Assembly: GCA_946542135.1 (NCBI GenBank)
Contig: CAMNKG010000001.1
Location: 1-61,717, forward strand
Origin: an uncultured Bacteroidales bacterium
GTDB taxonomy: Bacteria > Bacteroidota > Bacteroidia > Bacteroidales > P3
Direction of reading: 5' to 3'
Length of the DNA stretch: 61,717 bases
The translations under genes were made by a program, and so were the position numbers. This document shows, one piece after another, positions 1 to 9,866 of this stretch; position 1 is the first letter of the stretch, and each line of letters begins with the position of its first letter. The notes below the pieces were generated by a model. The model saw only the letters and a program-made list of their open reading frames with translations. It was not told where the DNA came from and ran no database searches.

Positions 1-706
1 TGGCGGCATATTTCTTGGAGTAGATGTTGATGAGCTCGGAGCAGGTGGCAAAGGGCGAAACCTTGTTTTCGATGTTGTTGATAACATTGTAGATCTCGAC
101 TTTCTTGAGGCTGTCGGTCTCGGTCGAAGCGCGGTTTTCAAGAATCTCGCTGGCAATGTCGTAGTTGTCAATGATCAGCGTGGTGTCGGCAAATCCTTTG
201 GAGACGTATTTGATGGTGGCGTCGAAAAAGCGTTCCACATAGGCTACATCAATCTCGTTGGCGCCAATCTTGATAGCTTCGGCGTAAAGGGTGTAGTATT
301 GTTCGATGGCTTTGTCGCCGCGCAGCTGGGCCAGGTCAGAGGCTTTCTTGGCCTTGACTTCTGCTTCTTCACCGAAATACTGGATGCGCATGTCGTACAT
401 GGTCATGAGCTCTTCGATGATTTCTTCACGACGTTTGGCGTCGGTGGTGGCATTGTAGAGCGATTTCAGAATCGTAACGCCGCGGATGTAGAGGTTCTTC
501 TGATTGGCGGGGCAATCTCTCAGACATGCCTTCCAGGGCTCATAGGCCTCGGCATACATTTTATTGGAGTAGGCATCGCGGTAAAGGAATGTATTGGTCA
601 CACAGTTGACGCTGTCTTCAGGCGTTTTTCCCCATTTCTGGGCGAAGCATGACAATGAAGTGGCTGTCAGGAAAAGCGTGAAAGCTAAAATTTTGACATT
701 TTTCAT
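1..706 (-). CDS. Secreted TPR-like/helical-repeat protein, partial (C-terminal part lies beyond the window start)
   Basis: The minus-strand frame is open from the ATG at 706-704 to the window edge. It is absent from the ORF track because it has no stop in the window. The N-terminus MKNVKILAFTLFLTATSLSCFAQ looks like a signal peptide. Codon usage resembles the neighbouring genes. The family assignment is tentative. Confidence 0.55.
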   Translation of the reverse strand, partial: MKNVKILAFTLFLTATSLSCFAQKWGKTPEDSVNCVTNTFLYRDAYSNKMYAEAYEPWKACLRDCPANQKNLYIRGVTILKSLYNATTDAKRREEIIEELMTMYDMRIQYFGEEAEVKAKKASDLAQLRGDKAIEQYYTLYAEAIKIGANEIDVAYVERFFDATIKYVSKGFADTTLIIDNYDIASEILENRASTETDSLKKVEIYNVINNIENKVSPFATCSELINIYSKKYAA

Positions 707-864
707 CTTTGTGTGTTATTTTAATTGTTAATATTTTTGTTCGTTTGTCTGGTCTGCCAGACCTTTGTCTTTTTGGCTATTAGTTCTTGTGTGCCTTTCG
801 ATATTGCAGCATTGGGTGCCCTTTGTGTTTTTTTAACTTTTTTCGGGCTGCGTTGTATATTGTC

Positions 865-2241
865 TTAGTTGAATTTACGTTTCACAAACCAACTCTCGCA
901 ACTGCCTATCGAAATACCTATGGTGAAGGCGTCGCGACGCAGCAGGTCGGTGGTGCCCAGCGACGAGTATCCTACACCGATGTTGACCACCGAACGCCCT
1001 TTGCGCATCGGAAGTGCTACACCAAAGCCGCAGCCCCATTCGTTGAGCTGACGACTGCTGTTGTTGAGCACCTGCAACTGCAAACGTCCGCTCTCGTAAT
1101 GTCCACCAATGGAATAGGTGATGCGTCGCAGATAACTGGAGGCGTTCTTGTTGCCCAACAGTTGGAATCCTAATGCGAAGCGGGAATTGTTGCCGTAGCG
1201 CAGTGGACTGACTCCGAAAATGTTGACATTGGGATTCTCCGTATACTTCATGCCTGACCAGGGTGAGAAGGTGGCATCGAAAGCCACAAGCCATTTGTCG
1301 TTGCGTTGCAGCGATAGGCCGATGCCCGTTGTGAAGGGCTGCTCAAGGGTGCTCTCATATTCGCTGCTTTCGCCATTGGCGGGAAAGATGGTGTCTCGCA
1401 TCCATTCATTGCCAGCGTTGGTGACATAGGTGTAAACCAAAGCGTTGTCTTTGACGGTCATGGTGCGACCCGGCTTCAGAGTGAGGGCAGCACCGAGTCG
1501 GTAGTTTTCGCCTAAGGGCTGCTCGTATTGAAGACCGAAGTCCAGCGTAAAGTTCTTTATGTAGGTGTTTTTTTGGTTGCGGGAGTCAAGGAAATAGTTG
1601 GTGTCGTTGGCGCTGAAGTCTTTGGTGATGGCGCGTACAAGGGTGCCGTACATGTAGTTGGCGTTGAAACCGGCGCGCAGCTGCACGCCTTGGGGATTGT
1701 TGGCACCGATAATGTTGAAACCGTTGCCCCAGAAAAGCGTGGTGACGCCGCCTTGACCTTCATAGATGGTCTTGACCTCTTCGCCCATAGGACCTTGCGA
1801 CGGATATACCGATTGATAGTCGACGTCGCTGTACGGCATGATTCCCAACGCTGTCTTCCACCATTTGGTGAGGGGGAATGCCAAGGTGATATATCCGAGG
1901 TTGCCGTCGGCATCAAACTGCGATTTGCTGCTGTTGCGTAGCGTAGACATCTCTACCGAGAGTCCCATGTCGAAAACAAACGACTCCATGTTGACAACAC
2001 CGTAGGATGCGGGGTTGAAGGGGTTGACGGTATTGCTGTTGGCTGTGGTGTAGACCACACCACCCAATGCGGTGGCTGACGGCATGTTGTAGGGCATATT
2101 GCTCCATCCCAGCCCGTATTGGGAAAAGGGCGAGTTGATGCCGTTGGGATAATTGGTGCCGCTTTGTGCCCACGACGTGATGACGGACAGGATCATCATC
2201 ATCAGTATACACCATTTTTTTATTCCCTTCTGTTTGTGCAT
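865..2241 (-). CDS. Outer-membrane beta-barrel protein (porin/FadL-like, family not identified)
   Basis: 458-aa ORF with signal peptide ILMMMILSVITSWAQS. It is G/N/Y-rich with an alternating beta-strand pattern and aromatic residues near the C-terminus. Confidence 0.6.
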   Translation of the reverse strand: MHKQKGIKKWCILMMMILSVITSWAQSGTNYPNGINSPFSQYGLGWSNMPYNMPSATALGGVVYTTANSNTVNPFNPASYGVVNMESFVFDMGLSVEMSTLRNSSKSQFDADGNLGYITLAFPLTKWWKTALGIMPYSDVDYQSVYPSQGPMGEEVKTIYEGQGGVTTLFWGNGFNIIGANNPQGVQLRAGFNANYMYGTLVRAITKDFSANDTNYFLDSRNQKNTYIKNFTLDFGLQYEQPLGENYRLGAALTLKPGRTMTVKDNALVYTYVTNAGNEWMRDTIFPANGESSEYESTLEQPFTTGIGLSLQRNDKWLVAFDATFSPWSGMKYTENPNVNIFGVSPLRYGNNSRFALGFQLLGNKNASSYLRRITYSIGGHYESGRLQLQVLNNSSRQLNEWGCGFGVALPMRKGRSVVNIGVGYSSLGTTDLLRRDAFTIGISIGSCESWFVKRKFN

Positions 2242-2302
2242 AGACTATTGTTTACAATATTTTTAGGCGAACAGGCTGGTTTGTATAACCGGCAAATTCG
2301 CG

Positions 2303-3049
2303 TTAGGTGTTCAATTCCAATAATTTGTCAAGTCCTATAAGAACCAGGTTTGGAACTGCAAATGTCGGAAAAAATAATTGATTGACAAAAAAATCTGCAT
2401 CTCCGCCTGTTAAAAAAAGTTTAATGTCGGGATACCTCTTCTTGTATTCTTCGATAAAGCCCTGTATCTCATACACTGTAGCTCTGCCTACTCCTGCCAG
2501 GATAGATTCGCGTGTGCTTTTGCCCGTCAGGGGTGCTGTGCGGTGCCCATTGCGCTCGTCGGGGGCCAACTCGACGAGGGGCAGCGAGGCGGTGAAATGA
2601 TTCAAGGCGTTGTATTTCATTTGCAGCCCTGGCAGTATGGCTCCTCCTTGGTAGCAGTTGGCGTCGTCAAGCAGATCGATGGTGATGCATGTCCCTGCAT
2701 CTATCACCAGTAGGGGTGTGCCTTCGGCCATTGTGTGGGCGCCGACGACGGCGGCCAGACGGTCTACCCCGAGGGTTTGGGGTGTGTCGTAGTCGATGCT
2801 GACAGGCATGCGGGAATGGACGCTGAAACGGTGGAAATGGGACATGACATCGGCCGGAAGCAGCTGCTCGAAGTCGGGCGCTTCACCTACCACCGACGCT
2901 ATGGCTCGCGTTACGCCATGCTGCTGGCAAAGGGTCGTGATCTCGTCACGGTCTATGCGCTGACAGGTCGAGAGGGTCTGCATCTTGCCGTCGGCGAAAA
3001 CGGCCACTTTCGTCCGGGTGTTGCCTATGTCTAAAATCAGGTGGCTCAT
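2303..3049 (-). CDS. coaX: Type III pantothenate kinase
   Basis: 248 aa. The N-terminal LILDIGNTRTKVAVF phosphate-binding motif and the overall length are typical of CoaX. Confidence 0.9.
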   Translation of the reverse strand: MSHLILDIGNTRTKVAVFADGKMQTLSTCQRIDRDEITTLCQQHGVTRAIASVVGEAPDFEQLLPADVMSHFHRFSVHSRMPVSIDYDTPQTLGVDRLAAVVGAHTMAEGTPLLVIDAGTCITIDLLDDANCYQGGAILPGLQMKYNALNHFTASLPLVELAPDERNGHRTAPLTGKSTRESILAGVGRATVYEIQGFIEEYKKRYPDIKLFLTGGDADFFVNQLFFPTFAVPNLVLIGLDKLLELNT

Positions 3050-3089
3050 GGAGTTGTGAATGCGTGAACGGTTATCCCGTCGCCGGGTG

Positions 3090-3722
3090 TCAGTTGTAGA
3101 GGTTCATGGTCCGGTCGGGACCTAAGGTGACAAAGCTTTTAATGGCGTCAACAGCATGCTCTAATGCGGGTTCCAGTTCGGCTTGCTCTTCCTCGCTGAA
3201 GCGTCCAAGGACATAGTCGATCTGGTGCCCGCGACCATAGTGGTCGCCTATCCCGATGCGTAGTCGGCAGTAGTTGTTGGTGCCTAATGCTTCTTCAATG
3301 TCAGACAGTCCATTATGGCCTCCTCCTGAACCCTGTTTCTTCATCCTGATTTTGCCCACGGGAAGCGCGATGTCGTCGACGACTATCAGCACGTTCTCAA
3401 GAGCGATCTTTTCTTTCTGCATCCAGTATTTCACCGCCTTGCCTGAAAGGTTCATATACGTGGTGGGTCTTATCAGTATGAGTGTACGCCCTTTCCATTT
3501 CATCTCTGCCCGGTAGGCATGCCGGTCGAGCACATAGGTGGGGCGCTCGTTTTTTTCTGTGGCTGTGCTTTTCAGCAACTTGTCGATGACCATAAACCCG
3601 CAGTTGTGGCGGGTGCCTTCATATTCGCTGCCGATGTTGCCTAACCCCACTATAAGGTATTTCATTGTCGGATCTTCTTCAGTTGTTTCGTGGTGTTTGA
3701 AGAGTTTTTTGAACAGATTCAT
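3090..3722 (-). CDS. pth: Peptidyl-tRNA hydrolase
   Basis: Carries the KYLIVGLGNIGSEYEGTRHNCGF motif. The true start may be the internal ATG at 3665 (MKYLIVGLGN). Confidence 0.9.
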   Translation of the reverse strand: MNLFKKLFKHHETTEEDPTMKYLIVGLGNIGSEYEGTRHNCGFMVIDKLLKSTATEKNERPTYVLDRHAYRAEMKWKGRTLILIRPTTYMNLSGKAVKYWMQKEKIALENVLIVVDDIALPVGKIRMKKQGSGGGHNGLSDIEEALGTNNYCRLRIGIGDHYGRGHQIDYVLGRFSEEEQAELEPALEHAVDAIKSFVTLGPDRTMNLYN

Positions 3723-3741
3723 TTACGGTTGTTTGTGTGTG

Positions 3742-5877
3742 CTATTTTTTGCCACCGACAAGGGTCATCTCGTCGACAAGATGTTTGGCACCGGCATATT
3801 TGTCGATGATGAAGAGACAGTAGCGGATGTCGAGACAGATGTTGCGGCAGTAGTCGGGGTCGAAGAGCAGGTCGCTCATGGTACCCTCCCAGCAGCGGTC
3901 AAAGTTGATTCCTATCAGTTGTCCGTCGGCATTGAGTACGGGGCTTCCGCTGTTGCCTCCGGTAGTGTGGTTGGTGGCGATGAAGCCCACGGGCATCTCG
4001 CCGTCGGCTGTGCCGTAGCGCCCATAGTCGTGGCTTTCGTAGAGCTGTTTGAGGCGGGGCTCCACGACGTAGTCGTAGATGTCAGGATTCTCTTTCTCCA
4101 TGATGCCTTTCAGGGTGCTGGAGGGTTTGTAGTAGACACCGTCTTTCGGGCGGAAGCCTTCCACATGGCCGTAAGCCACGCGCAGCGTCAGGTTGGCATC
4201 GGGGAAGAAGTTGACGTCGGGTTGCATCTCCATCATGCCTTTGACGTAGGTGCGCATGAGGCGCTGGATGTCTTGGCTGGCACGACGGTAGACGGCCAGC
4301 TTCTGCGGGTCGCGGGCCTGTCGGTAGGCGTTGTCGAAAAGCACCACGGCAGGGTCGTTTTTCAGCTTTTTGTTGCTCTTGTCGGTGTAGCTGTCAAGAA
4401 ATTTCTGAAGCTTTTTCTCGTTGTTGATGAGCGACTCGTCGTATATCTTTCCAAGCTCTTTCTCTACGGCGCTGGCACTGGCGTTGCCTTTGGCGATATA
4501 GGGAGCATAGCCGGCTTTCCACATCACCATGAAGGTCTCTATGAAGATGGCGCGGTCGACTACGGTGTGTTGTTTGAAGTCAGTGAAATAACGGGCGTTA
4601 TCTTCTTTGAGCTTGTTGACGGTGGCCATGTTTTTGAGGATGTCTTCTTCGTTCGCAAGGTTCCAGTAGTCGATGGCGCGATCCATGAAGTCGCTGGCCA
4701 GCACGGCTTCGTTGAAATAGGTGAGCTCCACTTCTATGGGGCGTAGCTGGTTGTAGGCTTCTTTCAATTGCGGCAGCACGTTGTAATACTGGGGTTTGTC
4801 GGCTGCCCATTGCTGGAAGCGGTTCTCGAAGGCTTTCTTCTGCTCTACGCCTTTCAGCCGGTTGATGCCCTGCGATTCGCCTTGCCATTTTTTCCATCCG
4901 TTGGCGATGCTGGCTACGCGTGAAGCGTATTTGAGCCGTTGTGCGGCACTTTGGTTCATGGCGTTGTTGTAGTGGCGGAGCCTGATGGTGCGCAGGTTGA
5001 TGCGGATGGGGTTCTCGATGTTGGCAGCCAACTCGACGGCGTCGCTGGTCACGTAGCGCTGCGTGGTGCCGGGATATCCGAACACGAAGGTGAAGTCGTT
5101 CTCCTTGACCCCGTCAAGCGATATTTCAAGGTGTTTCAAGGGCTTGTAGGGCTTGTTGTCGGCACTGTAGGGCGCTGGTTTGTTGTCCTTGCCGGCATAA
5201 ACGCGGAACATGGAGAAATCGCCGGTGTGGCGTGGCCACATCCAGTTGTCGGTGTCGCCGCCAAACTTGCCGATATTGGACGGCGGAGCGCCGACGAGAC
5301 GCACGTCGGTGAAGATTTCGTTGACATACATAAAGTACTGGTTGCCATAGTAGAAGGGCTTGATGATGGCTTGATAGTGTGTGCCCTCTATGGCTTTGGC
5401 GGTGATTTTTTTGATGTTCGACTCGATGATGGCGTTGCGCTCACCCTCTGTGGTCTCGCTGCTGATGCCCTGCAGCACCTGCGTGGTGACATCTTCCATG
5501 CGCACCAGGCGGGTGACCGTCAGCCCGGGACAGGGAATTTCCTGCTCGCGGCTCATGGCCCAGAATCCGTTGGTGAGGTAGTCGTGGTCTACGGTGCTGT
5601 GACGGACAATGTAGCCGTAGCCGCAGTGGTGGTTGGTCAACAGGAGCCCTTCGTCGCTCACATATTCTCCTGTGCAGCCTGAGCCAAAAAGGAGCACGGC
5701 GTCTTTCAGACAGGCGTTGTTGATGTCGTATATGTCTTTTGCTGTGATATGCATTCCGGCTTTTTGCATGTCGGCTTCGTTGCGGCCCAGAAGCATGGGT
5801 ATCCACATGCCTTCGTCGGCCAATGCATTGATTGTCATTGCTGCCATTGCCAGCAGCAGGGTCAATTTCTTCATCAT
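3742..5877 (-). CDS. S46 family dipeptidyl-peptidase (DPP7/DPP11-like)
   Basis: Signal peptide MMKKLTLLLAMAAMTINALA followed by DEGMWIP, the His context LLTNHHCGY and the Ser motif GGNSGSP. I moved the start from the longest ORF (5940) to ATG 5877. Confidence 0.85.
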   Translation of the reverse strand: MMKKLTLLLAMAAMTINALADEGMWIPMLLGRNEADMQKAGMHITAKDIYDINNACLKDAVLLFGSGCTGEYVSDEGLLLTNHHCGYGYIVRHSTVDHDYLTNGFWAMSREQEIPCPGLTVTRLVRMEDVTTQVLQGISSETTEGERNAIIESNIKKITAKAIEGTHYQAIIKPFYYGNQYFMYVNEIFTDVRLVGAPPSNIGKFGGDTDNWMWPRHTGDFSMFRVYAGKDNKPAPYSADNKPYKPLKHLEISLDGVKENDFTFVFGYPGTTQRYVTSDAVELAANIENPIRINLRTIRLRHYNNAMNQSAAQRLKYASRVASIANGWKKWQGESQGINRLKGVEQKKAFENRFQQWAADKPQYYNVLPQLKEAYNQLRPIEVELTYFNEAVLASDFMDRAIDYWNLANEEDILKNMATVNKLKEDNARYFTDFKQHTVVDRAIFIETFMVMWKAGYAPYIAKGNASASAVEKELGKIYDESLINNEKKLQKFLDSYTDKSNKKLKNDPAVVLFDNAYRQARDPQKLAVYRRASQDIQRLMRTYVKGMMEMQPDVNFFPDANLTLRVAYGHVEGFRPKDGVYYKPSSTLKGIMEKENPDIYDYVVEPRLKQLYESHDYGRYGTADGEMPVGFIATNHTTGGNSGSPVLNADGQLIGINFDRCWEGTMSDLLFDPDYCRNICLDIRYCLFIIDKYAGAKHLVDEMTLVGGKK

Positions 5878-6012
5878 GATGGGTCTAAAATTTTTTGCAA
5901 ATGTACACATTTTTTTTGATTTTGTCCTTTTCTCTTTCAAATGAGGGCAATAAAATGTATTTTTTTGAGTTCTATAACCTGTGTTTATTAACCCATCGAA
6001 TCGTATCTGACC

Positions 6013-8133
6013 GTGTCGTTGATTATTGACTATCCCTGGTATTTCATACTGCTGTGCATCGCCTTGGGCGTCGTGTATGCGCTTGTGCTCTATTGGATTG
6101 GCACCCGTAGGCGTACCGACCCTCCTTTCTCATCCCGCCTCACTTGGCTGCTCACCGCGCTGCGCACCCTTTCGGTGGCTGCCATCGCCTTTCTGTTGCT
6201 GGCACCGTTGGTGAGGCATGTGACCAACCGCAAAGAAAAACCGGTCGTCATCGTGGCCGAAGACAACAGCAAGTCGCTGGACTACAGCCCGGATTCGGCT
6301 TACTACCATACGGAGTTCCAGCAAGCCGTCAACCGTCTTGCCGACAAACTGTCGGCGGATTTCGACGTGGTACGCTACCGCTACGGCTCCGACGTTCTTG
6401 CCGCCGACGAAAAACAGGATTCGCTCTTCACGGCGTCAACCACCGACATGGGGGCGATGATGTCGTTGGTCATCGAACGCTATTTCCATCGCAACGTCGG
6501 TGCTGTGATCGTGACGGGCGACGGCATTTTCAACCGCGGCGCGAACCCGTTGAACGCGGTCAGCGAGGCCACTTTCCCAGTCTATACTGTGGCTATGGGC
6601 GACACCACTGTAAGACGCGACGCCGCCATCGCCAACGTGCGCTGCAACCGCATCGCTTATATGGGCAACAACTTCCCCATGGAGGTGACTGTCAACGCCT
6701 CCCAGATGAAGGGCGAACGCTCCACGCTGTCAGTGGCTTGCGATGGCCGCAAGGTCTTCTCGAAGGAGATATCCTTCGACGACAGCCGCTTTTCCACTAC
6801 CGAAAGTTTGATGCTTGATGCCGCTGAGGCGGGTGTGCACAACTACGAAATCGTTATCGCCCCGCTTCCCGACGAGCAGACCACACGCAACAACCGTCGC
6901 GTCGTGGCCGTGGAGGTTATCGACGGCCATCAGAAGGTGGCCATCCTCTATGCGGCACCCCATCCCGATGTGGGCGCCCTGCGCCGCTCGGTGGAACAGA
7001 ACCAGAACTACGAGGTGGAAACCTTTCTCGCCAAAGACTTCAAAGGCAATGTCAAAGATTACGACTTGCTGATTCTGCACCAACTGCCGTGCAAGCTGTC
7101 GGAAGCCAATATCGATATCGCCACATTGCTCAAAGAGGGTACGCCGGCTCTCTTCGTCGTCGGCAGCCAAACGGACCTGGCTCGCCTCAACGCGCTCCAC
7201 ACCGGAATGGAGGTCTTCTCACGCATCGACCGTGTCAACGAGGTTTCGGCCGCTTTCAACAACGACTTCACCTATTTCACCCTCTCCGACGACGCACGCC
7301 GCCAACTGGAGAAATTTCCTCCCCTGGTGTCGCCTTTTGGCGACTACAAACTGAGCGGCACGGCGCAGAAACTTTTCGTCTCCAAAATCGGAGGCGTCAA
7401 TTCGGGTATGCCTTTGGTGGCCGTAGCCCAACAGGGCGAACATCGCTACTCTTTTATTGCTGGCGAGGGATTGTGGCGCTGGCGTCTCGCCGACTGGCAG
7501 GAGAACCAGTCCTATGCCCATTTCGATGAATTCCTCGACAAACTCGTCGTGTTCACCGCTCTTCGCGTAAATAAGGAACGCTTCCATGTCGAAGCGAAGC
7601 CTGTCTACGGCGAGAGCGAGGCTGTAGAGATTGGCGCGCAGCTGTATAACGACAACTACGAGATGGTCAACACCCCCGAGGTGTCGATCGAAATAAAGCG
7701 CATCGCTGGTGACGACGGCGCTCCCGACAAGGGCAGCCGCTATGTCTTCAACCGTGTGCCTACAGGCTACGCCCTCAACCTCGGCATCTTGGGCCACGGC
7801 TCTTACCGCTACACTGCCTCCACCCATTTCAACGGCAAGGACTATCGTGTTTCGGGCTCGTTCCTTGTCGAACAGTCCAACCTCGAGGCGTTGCGTCTGG
7901 TTGCCGACCATTCTCTCCTGGCCACGTTGGCCGAGGCTACGGGAGGCGCCATGGTGCCGGCCCGCGAGGTCGACCGTCTGGAACAGCTGCTGAAGCAACG
8001 CGACGACATGAAGACCGTCATCTACAGTGAGACACGCTACAGCGACATGCTCAACATCCCCTGGCTGTTCGTTCTGCTGGTCGTCTTGCTGGGCACGGAA
8101 TGGATCGTACGTAAATATAATGGTGAAGTATAG
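6013..8133 (+). CDS. Membrane protein with N-terminal double-TM segment and C-terminal TM anchor (function unknown)
   Basis: 706-aa ORF with a GTG start. It has two N-terminal hydrophobic helices, a large soluble middle and a C-terminal helix (WLFVLLVVLLGTEWIV). No catalytic motif was recognised. Confidence 0.6.
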   Translation: MSLIIDYPWYFILLCIALGVVYALVLYWIGTRRRTDPPFSSRLTWLLTALRTLSVAAIAFLLLAPLVRHVTNRKEKPVVIVAEDNSKSLDYSPDSAYYHTEFQQAVNRLADKLSADFDVVRYRYGSDVLAADEKQDSLFTASTTDMGAMMSLVIERYFHRNVGAVIVTGDGIFNRGANPLNAVSEATFPVYTVAMGDTTVRRDAAIANVRCNRIAYMGNNFPMEVTVNASQMKGERSTLSVACDGRKVFSKEISFDDSRFSTTESLMLDAAEAGVHNYEIVIAPLPDEQTTRNNRRVVAVEVIDGHQKVAILYAAPHPDVGALRRSVEQNQNYEVETFLAKDFKGNVKDYDLLILHQLPCKLSEANIDIATLLKEGTPALFVVGSQTDLARLNALHTGMEVFSRIDRVNEVSAAFNNDFTYFTLSDDARRQLEKFPPLVSPFGDYKLSGTAQKLFVSKIGGVNSGMPLVAVAQQGEHRYSFIAGEGLWRWRLADWQENQSYAHFDEFLDKLVVFTALRVNKERFHVEAKPVYGESEAVEIGAQLYNDNYEMVNTPEVSIEIKRIAGDDGAPDKGSRYVFNRVPTGYALNLGILGHGSYRYTASTHFNGKDYRVSGSFLVEQSNLEALRLVADHSLLATLAEATGGAMVPAREVDRLEQLLKQRDDMKTVIYSETRYSDMLNIPWLFVLLVVLLGTEWIVRKYNGEV

Positions 8134-9401
8134 TGAAAACGATGCGCGTATCTGCTTCTATCAAGGATGGCATCGCCCTTGTCGGCGGCAATGTTTGGGC
8201 TCAGGCAATAGCCTTTGCTGCCTATCTGATACTGGCACGTCTCTATACGCCTGAGGATTTCGGACTGTACAACATCTTCTATTCCTATATCGAGGTCCTC
8301 ATCATCGTGTCTACCTGCAAATACGAATTGGCCGTGGTGATAGCCGACAACGACAGCGAGGCTGCCGCCGTCAGCCGTCTGGCATTGCGCATCAACACAT
8401 GGGTCTGCGTTATTTTGCTTTCGCTGAGTCTTGTGTGCTATTTCCTTTTTCCCTTCTCGGTGTTCAACTATTCTTTCTCTCTCCTCTTGGCTCCGATGGT
8501 CTTTTTCTGCGGCACTTCTAGGGTCTACTCGGCGCTGTTCAACCGCTATCGTCAGTTCCGCCAGATTGCCCTCTCCGAGGTCGTGGGTGCCTCTTCCGGC
8601 GTCGTCGCCAAGGTGCTTCTGGGTCTTCCATGTCTGGCTCTGACGTTGCTGCATGCTCTCGGATTGGCTTTAGGCACGGTAGTGGGCAGAGCGGCATCCA
8701 ATATTAATTATCTGTTACTCAAACGCCGCTTGCCGTCATCGCCTCAGGTCTCCTCTTCTGCCATGAAGCAGGTCGCCGCCAAGTTTCGCAATTTTCCGCT
8801 GTTCACCATGCCTAAGGAGTTGGTCAACAGCTTCTCTTTCAACCTCCCATTTCTTTGCTTGGCATTGTATTTCGACAAAGCTGAGGTAGGCCTTTTCGGC
8901 ATGGCATTGACGTGCACCTTTCGGCCAGTCAATGTATTCAACAGCGCTTTCGAAAAACTTTTGTATGTCCGTATTGCCGAAAAAGTGCGTCGCGGCGACA
9001 CAATCAGGCGTGACATTCTTCGTTTCTTCAAGAATGTCAACCTCATCGCTTTGCCGTTTTTCGTGGTGGGTTTCCTTTTCGGCGACGATATCCTGGCGTT
9101 CCTTTTTGGCGACCGCTGGGCGGGCTGCGGTTACTATATCCGCTGTTTGCTTCCCTGGGTGTTTGTGTCGCTGACGGCCACTTCACTGCTCTTCCTGAGC
9201 AACGTGTTCTCTCGACAAAAGACGGAATTTGTCTTCTATTTGGCGCTCCTTGTAATGAGGGCGTTGGCGGTATGGATTGGCATTGCCAACAATGACTTCC
9301 GGCAGGCTATCCTCCTCTTCTCTGTTGCTGGTGCGGTGGTCTCTGCTGCGTTGTTGCTTTGGTGCTTCCGTCTGGTCAATCGTTATGAGGATGGTTTCTG
9401 A
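8133..9401 (+). CDS. Wzx-like oligosaccharide/polysaccharide flippase (MOP superfamily)
   Basis: 422 aa and polytopic. The N-terminal region GGNVWAQAIAFAAYLILARLYTPEDFGLYNIF is typical of flippases. GTG 8133 overlaps the upstream stop, and ATG 8142 is an alternative start. Confidence 0.75.
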   Translation: MKTMRVSASIKDGIALVGGNVWAQAIAFAAYLILARLYTPEDFGLYNIFYSYIEVLIIVSTCKYELAVVIADNDSEAAAVSRLALRINTWVCVILLSLSLVCYFLFPFSVFNYSFSLLLAPMVFFCGTSRVYSALFNRYRQFRQIALSEVVGASSGVVAKVLLGLPCLALTLLHALGLALGTVVGRAASNINYLLLKRRLPSSPQVSSSAMKQVAAKFRNFPLFTMPKELVNSFSFNLPFLCLALYFDKAEVGLFGMALTCTFRPVNVFNSAFEKLLYVRIAEKVRRGDTIRRDILRFFKNVNLIALPFFVVGFLFGDDILAFLFGDRWAGCGYYIRCLLPWVFVSLTATSLLFLSNVFSRQKTEFVFYLALLVMRALAVWIGIANNDFRQAILLFSVAGAVVSAALLLWCFRLVNRYEDGF

Positions 9402-9604
9402 CGCGTTGCCTCAGCATCTTTGTTTTTTTTGAATTGGGGTCCCTTGAAAGTGAAGACTATTTTGAGCGATTTGAGGAAATAGTGGGGCACCTCTTTGGCT
9501 TTGAGTTCTTTAATCTCTTTGTGTATGTCGCGGAAACTTTCTCCTCGCAGCACTCTGAATAGGATGAGAAGCAGTGTAAGTATAGTGATGATTGATATGA
9601 GCAT
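9383..9604 (-). CDS. Small single-TM membrane protein (hypothetical)
   Basis: 73 aa with N-terminal helix MLISIITILTLLLILF and a basic tail. A TACATTTG -7-like box lies about 60 nt upstream (plus-strand 9666-9673). Confidence 0.4.
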   Translation of the reverse strand: MLISIITILTLLLILFRVLRGESFRDIHKEIKELKAKEVPHYFLKSLKIVFTFKGPQFKKNKDAEATRQKPSS

Positions 9605-9801
9605 TTTGATATATTTGTCAGATTGTCAGATGTATAGAAAAAATATAGATTGGCATTTCCCAATGCAAATGTACATAAAATTATTGTTTTGGAGTCAATG
9701 TCAAACATGAATGTTAATTCTCCAATGGAAATGACTTTGGTTAAGACATACAGCTTGTTTCGTTTTCGACACAGTCTGTCGACGGTCTAAAACATGGGTA
9801 G

Positions 9802-9840
9802 AAAAAAGTGCCCCACAAAGTTAACTGTGGGGCGCTTTTT
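9802..9840. terminator. Bidirectional rho-independent terminator
   Basis: GCCCCACA (9810-9817) pairs with TGTGGGGC (9826-9833). An A-run precedes the hairpin and a T-run follows it. It lies 27 nt beyond the stop of the 9867..11924 gene. Confidence 0.7.
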
Positions 9841-9866
9841 CTACGGATGAGTATTGTCAGTAGAAC

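Noticed and set aside
299-652. 117-aa plus-strand ORF at the window start
   Set aside because: It is antisense to the open-ended minus-strand gene, which has a clear signal peptide and start at 706.
3538-4746. 402-aa plus-strand ORF inside the S46 peptidase gene
   Set aside because: It is antisense to a gene with unambiguous S46 motifs, and its composition (V/G/A/H-rich) is typical of shadow ORFs.
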